A stretch of DNA of 41,630 nucleotides from a virus, in UHGV virus genome UHGV-1355554; one strand, 5' to 3'. The translations under genes and the position numbers were made by a program. Below the pieces are notes generated by a model. It saw only the letters and a list, made by a program, of their open reading frames with translations, was not told the DNA's origin and ran no database searches. Positions 24,625-33,574 of the stretch are shown here, piece after piece (within the stretch, counting starts at the first letter, position 1; each line of letters begins with the position of its first letter).

Positions 24625-25152
24625 ATGAAAGAAATTTGGAGAGATATTGAAGATTATGAAGGTCTCTATCAAGTTAGTAATTTTGGAAGGGTTAAGAGCC
24701 TAAAGCATTCTAAGGAAGGTAAAATACTTAAAGGACGAGTTACAGGTAAAGGTTATTTATCAGTAGTATTATTTAGAAATTCAGTTAGAAAATCAAATAG
24801 TATTCACCGTTTAGTAGCACAAGCATTTATACCAAACCCCGCAAATAAACCTGAGGTTAATCATATTGACGAAAATAAACTTAACAATGATGTAAGTAAT
24901 TTAGAATGGGTTACCTCAAAAGAAAATAGTAATCATGGAACTAGAAACCTCAGAATACATCAAAATAAAGCGGTAACATATAATAGGAAACCAATTATAT
25001 GTGTAACAAATGGTGTAACATATGCAAGCTTAACTGAGGCTTGTAAAAGTTTGGGAGTAACAAAACCCCATGTATGTTCAGTATTAAAAGGTAAACGTAA
25101 GACAACAAAAGGATATGTTTTTAAATACTTAAATGAAGGAGATAATAACTAA
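24625..25152 (+). CDS. HNH homing endonuclease (NUMOD4 plus HNH_3)
   Basis: MKEIWRDIEDYEGLYQVSNFGRVKS. HRLVAQAFIPNP...VNHIDENKLNN...NLEW. Confidence 0.85.
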   Translation: MKEIWRDIEDYEGLYQVSNFGRVKSLKHSKEGKILKGRVTGKGYLSVVLFRNSVRKSNSIHRLVAQAFIPNPANKPEVNHIDENKLNNDVSNLEWVTSKENSNHGTRNLRIHQNKAVTYNRKPIICVTNGVTYASLTEACKSLGVTKPHVCSVLKGKRKTTKGYVFKYLNEGDNN

Positions 25153-27266
25153 TGAGCCAAAATTATGATTTTCTACGATCCTTTACGATTGACGGAAAAG
25201 AAACAAAACATTTGTTTCAAATTGCTAAATTAAATATCCCGTTTTTATCAAAAGAAAACGAGTTTTTTCAAGTAGGCAATACTGATGGAAAAAAGTTTAG
25301 ACACACTAGATTAGGAGATTACGCATTAAGCATTGATGGTTTCATCATCAAAGACAACACAGGTAAAACCGTACCAGAAGTGATGGATGAACTAAAAGCG
25401 TTAGTCAATAGTGACGAACCTCAGAAGTTAGTGTTTGATATTTTTCCAGATAGATATTTCAATGCTATTTTTTCAGGAGTACAGGAGTATGATGCAACGG
25501 ATCCAAGATACACGCCTCTAACACTGGTTTTTGATGTACCTGACGGATTAGCTCATCAAATAGAGCCAAACACTTTTACGAATGTATACTCTACATCAAG
25601 AAACCTTATCTTGGATTCTGAATATCAGAAAAAGGATGTATATTTACATCAAGGAGTCAAGTTAGCAGAAGAAAAACACAATGGATCATCTATTGTGTAC
25701 GTAGATTATAGAGATGGTATCCCATATGGCGGTTCAGCACAAGATGAATACGTGTGGTTACCCATACAATCTATGAATAGACGTAACTTGCCAGAATTAC
25801 AAGTAGGTCAAGATGTAAACTTTTCAATAGAGGCTAAAGTATTGGCTATTGATGAAGATGACACTAGACCAGAGGCAGGTAACTTAGTTCTGGAAGAATG
25901 GTCTGTCAATCCATCAAAAGTTTTGCGTACGCACTTTATCAATATACCAAAAGAAGTAGGAGACTTCAAAAAATATGGTAAGGTAATTAAAATCACAGAC
26001 CCTAACACAAAAGCGCTCAATGTGAACTATGGAATTACTGGATTAGATACTCTTATTCACTGGTCTAAACCAATGCTATCACTATTACCACCAATTGGTG
26101 AGGAAGTGACCACCCCAAGCTACTATCAGGCGATTAATTATGAACCTTCAACGACTGGTATTTCAGACCTACTAAAAGTACAAAACAATGGTACTTACAA
26201 AACAACACCACGTTTCATCTTCACAACACAAGGTGAAAATGGTCTAGTTGCGTTAGCTAAAGATGATGGCTCAGTTTTACAGTTTGGGAATCCTGAGGAA
26301 GTTGATAATGTAACAAACGTGGTTAGTCAACAGGTGGTTTCGTGGAGCTTTTATGGTAGTCAATTGCCTGTAAATATGGAAGTGAATGCTCCAATTGGTT
26401 CAAGCACTCCATATTTTTCAAACAATCCCAATACTCCAAATATTATACAAGGCTCTTGGAATATGGACTTAGATGTGGATAGTGCGCTACCTGTTTGGAT
26501 ACCAGGAGAAACAAAAGGCGTGTGGCATGGGCCTACCCTAAGACACACAATTCCATTGGATTCAACAGGTAATAGAAACGGAGAATTTAGCACACACAAT
26601 CGCTTTAGATTCTATACACCAAATCAGAAACACAGAGGACGTATAGAGTATGTTATTTCAGATGATAATGTTGAAAATTATCTAGGTTTTGTACTAAGAG
26701 ATTCAGCTACAACGAACACCAACATGGTTATGGAGTGTTGGTATAAAGGTAAATTATTGAAATCAATAAAGGTATCACGTAAAGAATTTACAAAAGATTT
26801 CTTTGAAATAAATATGTATCGTTATAAGAAATCTTTAAAATGGAGACTTGTTCAAGTAAAAGGCATAACCAATAACAATACTGTTATAATAGACAAACAA
26901 GTTGTGTTTGATTATAACTTGGATGAAGAGGACACTACACCTATCAAGTATTGGGGCGTTTGGACTGGACGTTATCAAAATTCAAACTATATACGACCGT
27001 TCGTTACTGATACTCAATTTCGTTGGATAAGTACCCCTGTAGTTCAAAACATTAGAAATTATTTCCAAGACGGAGATATAATTGAGATAGATGTTAAGTC
27101 TAGACAAATTCTAGTAAATGGTGTTATAAATAATGAACTTAACGTGGTTGGTAACCAATGGGAGAAATTTACATTAGGTTTAGGAGAAACAATTATACAA
27201 CCTATTGTTTCAAGTTGGGCAAACCCTGCGGAAGTTATTTGTATTGTTGAAGAAAGTTATTTGTAG
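25152..27266 (+). CDS. Distal tail protein (Dit) with a large insertion, an evolved Dit
   Basis: 704 aa immediately after the tape measure protein/HNH. Position and N-terminal Dit-like region. Not verifiable without HMM searches. Confidence 0.5.
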   Translation: MSQNYDFLRSFTIDGKETKHLFQIAKLNIPFLSKENEFFQVGNTDGKKFRHTRLGDYALSIDGFIIKDNTGKTVPEVMDELKALVNSDEPQKLVFDIFPDRYFNAIFSGVQEYDATDPRYTPLTLVFDVPDGLAHQIEPNTFTNVYSTSRNLILDSEYQKKDVYLHQGVKLAEEKHNGSSIVYVDYRDGIPYGGSAQDEYVWLPIQSMNRRNLPELQVGQDVNFSIEAKVLAIDEDDTRPEAGNLVLEEWSVNPSKVLRTHFINIPKEVGDFKKYGKVIKITDPNTKALNVNYGITGLDTLIHWSKPMLSLLPPIGEEVTTPSYYQAINYEPSTTGISDLLKVQNNGTYKTTPRFIFTTQGENGLVALAKDDGSVLQFGNPEEVDNVTNVVSQQVVSWSFYGSQLPVNMEVNAPIGSSTPYFSNNPNTPNIIQGSWNMDLDVDSALPVWIPGETKGVWHGPTLRHTIPLDSTGNRNGEFSTHNRFRFYTPNQKHRGRIEYVISDDNVENYLGFVLRDSATTNTNMVMECWYKGKLLKSIKVSRKEFTKDFFEINMYRYKKSLKWRLVQVKGITNNNTVIIDKQVVFDYNLDEEDTTPIKYWGVWTGRYQNSNYIRPFVTDTQFRWISTPVVQNIRNYFQDGDIIEIDVKSRQILVNGVINNELNVVGNQWEKFTLGLGETIIQPIVSSWANPAEVICIVEESYL

Positions 27267-27277
27267 GAGGATTTACT

Positions 27278-28678
27278 ATGGATTTTTATATAACTGATAG
27301 GAAGTTTAAACTTAAAACAATTGTTAGTACACATGGAAGTACACCTGTGAGTGTGATTGATGCAGTAGACACTAATGTGTTGATTACTGCATCAAGAAAC
27401 TTAAAGTTAACGTTAGGGTTTAAAAAAACAGATAGTGCGCTAATCAAGAAACTGGTTTCTGTAGGCGATTATGTGTTATATGTAGACCCTCAAAACAATT
27501 ATATTTGGCAAACCATTATGTCAGTAGAGCACAATCCATTAATGAACACACGTACCATTGAATGCGAAAGCGCATCTATTGATTTAATAAATGAAACTGT
27601 TAGTGCGTACAAAGCCACCCAACCATATACAATAAAAGCATATATAGAACGTTTTGTATATGACAGTGGTTGGGTAATTGGTATCAATGAAATACCAAAT
27701 CTAACACGCACATTGGAGTGGGAAGGAGAAGCTACGTGCTTAGAGCGCATATTATCAGTAGCAACGCAGTTTGACAATGCTGAGTTAGAATTTTCGTTTG
27801 AGTTTAATGGTAATAATTTAATACAACGTAAAATAAACATTTTAAAAAAACGTGGGCGTGATAATAATATTAAGTTATACGTTAATAAGGATATAAACTC
27901 AATAATAACTAAAGAAAATATTTATGACTTACACAACGCCTTGATTATAAAAGGCGGTACTCCAGAAGGCAGTGACAAGCCAGTAGATTTAAAAGGTTAT
28001 AAATGGACTGATCCAGATGGACGCTTTTTACTACGCCAGAATGACGGCATGCTGATTGATTTAGAAAATGCGCACCACTGGTCAAGAACAAATACACAAG
28101 CTAATTTTATAGTTAGATACAAAACTTATACCTCAACGGATAAACAAAGTTTATTAAATGATGGTATTTCAGAATTAAAAAAATATAGTAGTCCTATTAC
28201 AGAGTATGAAGTTGATATTGCAAACATTGATGTACCTATTAATATAGGGGACACCTTAAACATTGTGGATGAATACGAAGAATTATTTCTATCTAGTAGG
28301 TGTCAAAAAATAGAATATCATTATACAACAAAAACTCTTAATGTGGAATTGTCTGACTTCAAAATTATTGATTCAGGATTATCAAAAGAATTACTGGATT
28401 TGGCAAATTCATTTAAAGATGAGATTAATAAAAACAAGGTATACAGTGTGGAAATTACACCATCACAACCATTCTTTGTTAACGGAGAAGGTACTATTAG
28501 TTTAAGTGCTACGGTTAAAGAAAATGGTTATGATGTTACTAATTCCTTTACAGAATTTACATGGAGTAGATACAAACTGGATGGTACATTAGATGATTGG
28601 TCGAAGACAGGGCAGACAATCAACATAACAGCAGATACAGAACTACGCTACACATACAAGTGTGTAGCTTCAAATTAA
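27278..28678 (+). CDS. Tail-associated lysin / tail fibre N-terminal (Tal-like) protein
   Basis: 466 aa downstream of Dit. Synteny only. Confidence 0.45.
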   Translation: MDFYITDRKFKLKTIVSTHGSTPVSVIDAVDTNVLITASRNLKLTLGFKKTDSALIKKLVSVGDYVLYVDPQNNYIWQTIMSVEHNPLMNTRTIECESASIDLINETVSAYKATQPYTIKAYIERFVYDSGWVIGINEIPNLTRTLEWEGEATCLERILSVATQFDNAELEFSFEFNGNNLIQRKINILKKRGRDNNIKLYVNKDINSIITKENIYDLHNALIIKGGTPEGSDKPVDLKGYKWTDPDGRFLLRQNDGMLIDLENAHHWSRTNTQANFIVRYKTYTSTDKQSLLNDGISELKKYSSPITEYEVDIANIDVPINIGDTLNIVDEYEELFLSSRCQKIEYHYTTKTLNVELSDFKIIDSGLSKELLDLANSFKDEINKNKVYSVEITPSQPFFVNGEGTISLSATVKENGYDVTNSFTEFTWSRYKLDGTLDDWSKTGQTINITADTELRYTYKCVASN

Positions 28679-28689
28679 GGAGGGTTAAC

Positions 28690-29625
28690 ATGGAAGTAAG
28701 TGGTCAAATAGTAATCAACAACATGTCAATAAAAACAAGTCAAGGTACAGTATCATGGCAAGAGGAAGAGCCAAGCAACCCGGTAAATGGTGACACGTGG
28801 TTTAAAGTAGTTAATGGGGCAGCGGTAAATGCGTATATTCGTGAAAATGATGGTTGGGTTGAGGTTGCATTTTCAAGTCAAATTATCGCAGAAGAATTGA
28901 TAGGTAAGATAATAACAGGTGCTGAGATCAATGGTAGTGTTATTAATGGTGGTGAATTCAATAACGCCTTTACAGAAAGCGTTGGCACTGACGCAACTTT
29001 ATCAGGTAATACCACCATTCAACGTGGAATCGTTGAAACACAGTATACTATCAATAATACTAATACAGGCGAATTTTTGTCTAGCGGTCGTCAAACATGG
29101 AACGGTGTAAATATTGAGTCAGTACAAAATGGTGCGGATGGTTTAGCAGCTGCAAGTTCTACATTTGGAGCAACAGGAATAGCCATATATAACAAAGAAC
29201 ACCATAGTCAATTCGGAATGGTTCATCTAGGATATCAAGATTTGATGACCTTACCAAAAAAAGAGATTGTTGAATATAGTCCAGATTTTGAGTCATATGC
29301 ACAAGGTCAAGAACCGTCAGCAGAACGATATATGAGAACCGTCCAATTATATGGCGCTTTTAAAAACAAGAAAAAAGTGCCAGCCAACGTTGGTCACCAG
29401 CCACTATATATGGGAACGCTGCCTTTTGGATATAGACCTTCTGGAACAGTACGTTTTGTAGTACCTGGTAGTGGTGTCACTAGATATGTGTTACAAATAA
29501 ATGATAATGGTAGAATGTATATGTATAACATGGGCGGTTGGAGTGGCTCCTCATATACCATAGTTGACGTTAACCCTGGTTCGTGGTTAAATGTGCAATG
29601 TAATTTTATTGCGGGAAATATTTAG
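28690..29625 (+). CDS. Receptor-binding / baseplate protein candidate
   Basis: ATG at 28690 after AAGGAGGG. Gly/Asn/Thr-rich beta-type sequence. The track's 28597 start overlaps the upstream gene. Confidence 0.4.
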   Translation: MEVSGQIVINNMSIKTSQGTVSWQEEEPSNPVNGDTWFKVVNGAAVNAYIRENDGWVEVAFSSQIIAEELIGKIITGAEINGSVINGGEFNNAFTESVGTDATLSGNTTIQRGIVETQYTINNTNTGEFLSSGRQTWNGVNIESVQNGADGLAAASSTFGATGIAIYNKEHHSQFGMVHLGYQDLMTLPKKEIVEYSPDFESYAQGQEPSAERYMRTVQLYGAFKNKKKVPANVGHQPLYMGTLPFGYRPSGTVRFVVPGSGVTRYVLQINDNGRMYMYNMGGWSGSSYTIVDVNPGSWLNVQCNFIAGNI

Positions 29626-29635
29626 GAGGTTTGAA

Positions 29636-29905
29636 ATGGATATTAGAGAAGTATTTAAACAGGAGTATATTAAGAGATGTTTAGAAAATAATGAACCACT
29701 GACTGGGAATATCAAAGAATTATTCAACCAGTGCCTTGTAGAAGTGTATCATAACTCACCACCTGAAATGGATCAATTCTTACAAGCTATCGTTAGTGAA
29801 TGGCAAGAAGTTAAGGATACAACTAACGAGGGTGACCTGAAACAACAAGTAGAAGATTTAACTAAACGTGTTGAAGAGCTTACTAATATTATAAATCAAC
29901 AATAG
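29636..29905 (+). CDS. Hypothetical protein (89 aa)
   Basis: ATG at 29636 after TTTAGGAGG. A terminator follows. Confidence 0.45.
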   Translation: MDIREVFKQEYIKRCLENNEPLTGNIKELFNQCLVEVYHNSPPEMDQFLQAIVSEWQEVKDTTNEGDLKQQVEDLTKRVEELTNIINQQ

Positions 29906-29930
29906 CCCTCTTTTTGAGGGTTCTTTATTT
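29904..29930 (+). terminator. Rho-independent terminator at the end of the tail operon
   Basis: AGCCCTC-ttttt-GAGGGTT followed by a T-run. Confidence 0.5.
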
Positions 29931-29961
29931 GCGTTTAAACGCACAACTACTCAACTATCAA

Positions 29962-29997
29962 AATTTAAACGCCTTAGAATGCTCGTGAGAGACACAC
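29962..29997. repeat. Lysis-cassette boundary motif A: AATTTAAACGCCTTAGAATGCTCGTGAGAGACACAC
   Basis: 26 of 36 identical to 31705-31740. The core AGAATGNTCGTGAGA matches at 14 of 15. A 12-bp palindrome GCGTTTAAACGC sits at 29931-29942. Confidence 0.5.
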
Positions 29998-30072
29998 TAT
30001 TTCGCTTATATAGGTGGTATAATGATTACAGACCTAGGAAATGAGGTGATAAATGAATAGGAGTGTTTTGCT

Positions 30073-30351
30073 ATGAACTTAAACGATAAGGAGTTTGTTT
30101 CATTAAAAGAACAGTTAGCAAGAATTGAGGTAAAGTTGGATGATATACCTGAGATTAAAGCTGACTTGAAAGACTATGGCAGTCGCTTAGAACGCCAATC
30201 TGAGAAAGCAGATAAGGCTTACAGCATGTCCATGCAGAATAGAGAGGCATTAGCTGACCTCAAAAACAGCTATACATGGTTAACACGTACAACTGTTGGC
30301 GCAGTTATTGGAGCATTAGTTAGTATTGGTTTATCCTTATTTATGAAATAG
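30073..30351 (+). CDS. XhlA-like (haemolysin XhlA family) lysis-associated membrane protein
   Basis: 92 aa with an N-terminal coiled coil and a single C-terminal TM segment. A TGGTATAAT promoter sits upstream. Confidence 0.5.
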   Translation: MNLNDKEFVSLKEQLARIEVKLDDIPEIKADLKDYGSRLERQSEKADKAYSMSMQNREALADLKNSYTWLTRTTVGAVIGALVSIGLSLFMK

Positions 30352-30363
30352 GAGTGATGTAGA

Positions 30364-30645
30364 ATGAAAAAAATCAACTGGAAAGTTCGTTTTAGCAAAG
30401 ACAACCTAACATTTATCTTGCGTTTTATTGGCGCATTAGCAGTACCTATCCTAGCTTACTTTGGTTTGAAGTTTGAGGATATTACATCCTTTGATACATT
30501 ATTGGATGTATTAGTTAGAGCAGTAAGTAATCCTTATGTATTAGGGTTAACTGTAATTAATGCATTAAATATGATTCCAGACCCAACGACTAAAGGTATT
30601 ACAGATAGTGAAAAAGCATTGAACTATACAGAACCAAAGAAATAA
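30364..30645 (+). CDS. Holin
   Basis: 93 aa with two TM segments and a charged C-terminus. Immediately upstream of the endolysin. Confidence 0.55.
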   Translation: MKKINWKVRFSKDNLTFILRFIGALAVPILAYFGLKFEDITSFDTLLDVLVRAVSNPYVLGLTVINALNMIPDPTTKGITDSEKALNYTEPKK

Positions 30646-30661
30646 GAAAGGAAGTTTTATA

Positions 30662-31639
30662 ATGGCTTATACAGTAGAAAGAAGAATTAGACCAGGCTTA
30701 CCTCAAGTAGGGTATGCTCCATATGGACAAGTTCACGCACACAGCACAGGTAACCCACGTAGTACCGCACAAAATGAAGCAGATTATTTTCAAACTAAAG
30801 ACATCAACACTGGTTTTTACACTCACCTTGTAGGAAACGGACGCGTTATCCAGCTGGCAGAAGTTAATCGTGGAGCATGGGATGTTGGTGGAGGTTGGAA
30901 TCAGTGGGGGTATGCCTCAGTTGAATTAATTGAATCTCATAAAAACAAAGATGAGTTCATGCGTGATTATAAGATTTATTGTGAGTTACTACATGACTTA
31001 GCAAAACAGGCTGGCTTACCTACCACAGTTGACCAGGGTAATACTGGTATCATCACGCATAACTATGCCACACATAACCAACCAAACAACGGTTCTGACC
31101 ATGTTGACCCTATTCCATATCTTGGTAAATGGGGTATCAATCTAGCGCAGTTTAGAAGTGATGTTGCTAACGCTAAAAGTAACAACAAACCTTCTACAGC
31201 GCCAACACCAGCTCCAGCCAAGCCATCAACACCAAGTCAGCATGATAAGGCAGTTTCTGCAAGCCCAGCAAAACATCAAGGCAATGCATGGGGTAAACTT
31301 GATTACTTTAATGGCCATGGTAAAGACCAAATTCGTGTGGCGGGTTGGTTAGTTCCGGATAAACCGCAAGGGCCAATTGGAAAATATGCGTATGTTATCT
31401 TCATGCAACATGGAACAAACAAAGAGTTAACACGTGTTCAATCTGCGGGAATTAAACGCCCAGACGTGAAGAAAGCATATGGCTATCAAGGTGGACAAGA
31501 ACTTGGGTTTGATGTAACAGTCAAAAAAGATCAGTTCAAAGGTAAAAAAGTGGACGTGATCTTACGTAGAGCGAATAAATCCAACGGTGAAGGCGCAGTA
31601 AACGATGTACGAATTGATTCAATCTATTTGAGTTTATAA
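30662..31639 (+). CDS. Endolysin: N-acetylmuramoyl-L-alanine amidase (Amidase_2/PGRP) plus a Pro/Thr linker and a C-terminal cell-wall-binding domain
   Basis: [17 protein letters not shown]...[12 protein letters not shown].... Linker [18 protein letters not shown]. Architecture like the Listeria phage A511 endolysin Ply511 (Amidase_2 family). Confidence 0.85.
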   Translation: MAYTVERRIRPGLPQVGYAPYGQVHAHSTGNPRSTAQNEADYFQTKDINTGFYTHLVGNGRVIQLAEVNRGAWDVGGGWNQWGYASVELIESHKNKDEFMRDYKIYCELLHDLAKQAGLPTTVDQGNTGIITHNYATHNQPNNGSDHVDPIPYLGKWGINLAQFRSDVANAKSNNKPSTAPTPAPAKPSTPSQHDKAVSASPAKHQGNAWGKLDYFNGHGKDQIRVAGWLVPDKPQGPIGKYAYVIFMQHGTNKELTRVQSAGIKRPDVKKAYGYQGGQELGFDVTVKKDQFKGKKVDVILRRANKSNGEGAVNDVRIDSIYLSL

Positions 31640-31640
31640 T

Positions 31641-31676
31641 AAAAAGACACTCTTAGTTGAGTGTCTTTCTTTTGTA
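31641..31676. terminator. Bidirectional rho-independent terminator between the convergent lysin and PnuC genes
   Basis: 10-bp stem AAAGACACTC/GAGTGTCTTT with an A-run upstream and a T-run downstream. Confidence 0.65.
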
Positions 31677-31704
31677 TTTAAATGGGTAATTACCTTATTT
31701 GATT

Positions 31705-31740
31705 AATTTAAAGTGCTCAGAATGATCGTGAGAACATCAT
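31705..31740. repeat. Lysis-cassette boundary motif B: AATTTAAAGTGCTCAGAATGATCGTGAGAACATCAT
   Basis: Partner of 29962-29997. Overlaps the stop codon of the PnuC gene. Confidence 0.5.
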
Positions 31741-32438
31741 TTTTTATCATGATTAAACCAATTTGATACAGTGAAAGCAATAATATTATTAGCTAGGTAT
31801 AACGTATATGTGAAGAACAGTACCCAAACGGCATGACCATCAATAGCTGTTACTAACCATAATACAATGCTCATGATACCTTGTGTGAACCAGAAATAAT
31901 ACTGCGCTGAAAACTGGCGGACACATAGGAAAGCACCTGTAAATCCAATTGTAGCACTTAAAGCGTCAATAAACGGGCGTGGTGAACTTAAAACGATTGT
32001 ATCAAGCCCATACAATAAAGCAAAGGTTGCACTGAAAAATAATAGTGTTTGAAGTTTATGTTTTGTTTGTAATTTACGTGGGTTAAATACTTTCCATTTA
32101 CCTAAGATAATTGGAATATCCAACAACAAAATATAAGCTAGTTGCATTAAGATGTCACTATAGTTACCAGTAACCATTGCCACATAACACAGTAATAAAG
32201 CAGATACGAAGCCTAGAATACCATTAATTGGTTTACCTTCTGTAATAGCTAACGTACATGTAAATCCTAACATACCCGCAATTGTACTGGTGAATGATAA
32301 CAGTGTTAAGCCATCTTTAAATCCAATAAGGAATAAGAATAACAAACCAACCCCCAAAAGAATATAGCTTTGTTTATGCCACCCTTTAAATTGCTTTTTG
32401 TAATATTTATATGTTAATAATTGAGTAATGTTTTCCAT
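31737..32438 (-). CDS. PnuC-like nucleoside / nicotinamide-riboside transporter
   Basis: 233 aa, about 7 TM segments, Trp-rich C-terminal helices. Adjacent to the deoxynucleoside kinase gene. Confidence 0.6.
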   Translation of the reverse strand: MENITQLLTYKYYKKQFKGWHKQSYILLGVGLLFLFLIGFKDGLTLLSFTSTIAGMLGFTCTLAITEGKPINGILGFVSALLLCYVAMVTGNYSDILMQLAYILLLDIPIILGKWKVFNPRKLQTKHKLQTLLFFSATFALLYGLDTIVLSSPRPFIDALSATIGFTGAFLCVRQFSAQYYFWFTQGIMSIVLWLVTAIDGHAVWVLFFTYTLYLANNIIAFTVSNWFNHDKK

Positions 32439-32477
32439 GTGTATATAGTTCCCCTTTTAATTAATATTTTTATCTGA

Positions 32478-33281
32478 TTAATATAATTTTTTATTATCTG
32501 TAAACTGGCTTAGCTCATGAAAGGGCATTTTACCAGCGGAATAATTATATAAGTCTAAACCATATTTATTGGCGTTCTTCATATTCCATTTTACGCCGTT
32601 TAGTTTAGCTAGTGTGTATACCGCTTCAACCGTACTTAACGCGTTCACTTCATGAAGCTTATAAATAATTTGTGTAAGCAGTTCTATACGGTCTTGCTTA
32701 CAATTTACATAATCATAAGAAGTTACGTCTAAAACAATTTTTGGAAATCCTAAGTCTTTATCTATCCATTTCTGATAATTTTCGTGATGTCTTTTGAAGT
32801 ACTCAAATAGTTCAGTACCTTCTTCAACCTTTTCAAACTCTCTAGCACGTGTGTTAATGCGTTTAATTTCTTCTTCAAATGTGCAGTTTAAGACAATCAT
32901 TAAATCTGGTGTTTTCTTTGGTAATGGTTCTAATTCTTTTAACATACGATTTAATAATCTATGATAAACTTGTTGTTCCAGTTCGCTTACATGTCCTTCC
33001 TGCACCAACTGGTCTAAAAAGATAGAGTCTTCAAAAATGGAACGGTCTAAAATACCATTGTTAATACTCATAGCCTCTTGAATCATTTCAAATCGTTTAC
33101 TTAACATATCAATCTGAAACAATAAACCATATTTTGCTTTGTCTTGATAAAACAATTCAAGCATTGGATTTTCTTCAACAGGTTCATAGACTGCTTTGGT
33201 CTCCAGTAACTCACTTAATAATTGTGTCATTGAGGATTTACCTACCCCAATTGGTCCAGCTAATGTAATAATCATAATCAA
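32478..33281 (-). CDS. Deoxynucleoside kinase with a roughly 50-aa C-terminal extension
   Basis: P-loop GPIGVGKSS, YEPVEENP, LDRSIFEDSIF (DRS motif) and lid RINTRAREFE. Confidence 0.8.
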   Translation of the reverse strand: MIMIITLAGPIGVGKSSMTQLLSELLETKAVYEPVEENPMLELFYQDKAKYGLLFQIDMLSKRFEMIQEAMSINNGILDRSIFEDSIFLDQLVQEGHVSELEQQVYHRLLNRMLKELEPLPKKTPDLMIVLNCTFEEEIKRINTRAREFEKVEEGTELFEYFKRHHENYQKWIDKDLGFPKIVLDVTSYDYVNCKQDRIELLTQIIYKLHEVNALSTVEAVYTLAKLNGVKWNMKNANKYGLDLYNYSAGKMPFHELSQFTDNKKLY

Positions 33282-33290
33282 ATCCTTTCA

Positions 33291-33512
33291 TTATTTTAAA
33301 TTTTTCAAGTTTTGAGGTTGAAACCCCATTGCAATCAACTCACCATTATTAAAAACTACTGGTAATGTTCTAAGGTTGTTAGCCATTAAATAATTATAGG
33401 CATCTAAGTCCTCCTCTACATTTACCTCTTTAAAATCTAAGTTATTATTTTTCAGCCAGTTTTTTGTGAATTTGCAGGCTACGCAGTTTGTCTTTGAGTA
33501 CACTTTAATCAT
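33291..33512 (-). CDS. NrdH-like glutaredoxin
   Basis: MIKVYSKTNCVACK (CxxC). ATG at 33512 with AAAAGGAGG. The track's start at 33551 lies inside the promoter. Confidence 0.7.
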   Translation of the reverse strand: MIKVYSKTNCVACKFTKNWLKNNNLDFKEVNVEEDLDAYNYLMANNLRTLPVVFNNGELIAMGFQPQNLKNLK

Positions 33513-33570
33513 TTGTATTCCTCCTTTTACTTTATGAATTAAGTATAACACCTCAGTTAAGAGGTGTCAA
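33513..33570 (-). promoter_or_regulatory. Early promoter (TTGACA-17-TATACT) plus leader, with embedded inverted-repeat operator ACACCTCAGTTAAGAGGTGT (33548-33567)
   Basis: Same architecture as 1636-1682. The operator arm differs by a compensatory C>T / G>A pair. Confidence 0.5.
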
Positions 33571-33574
33571 GTGT

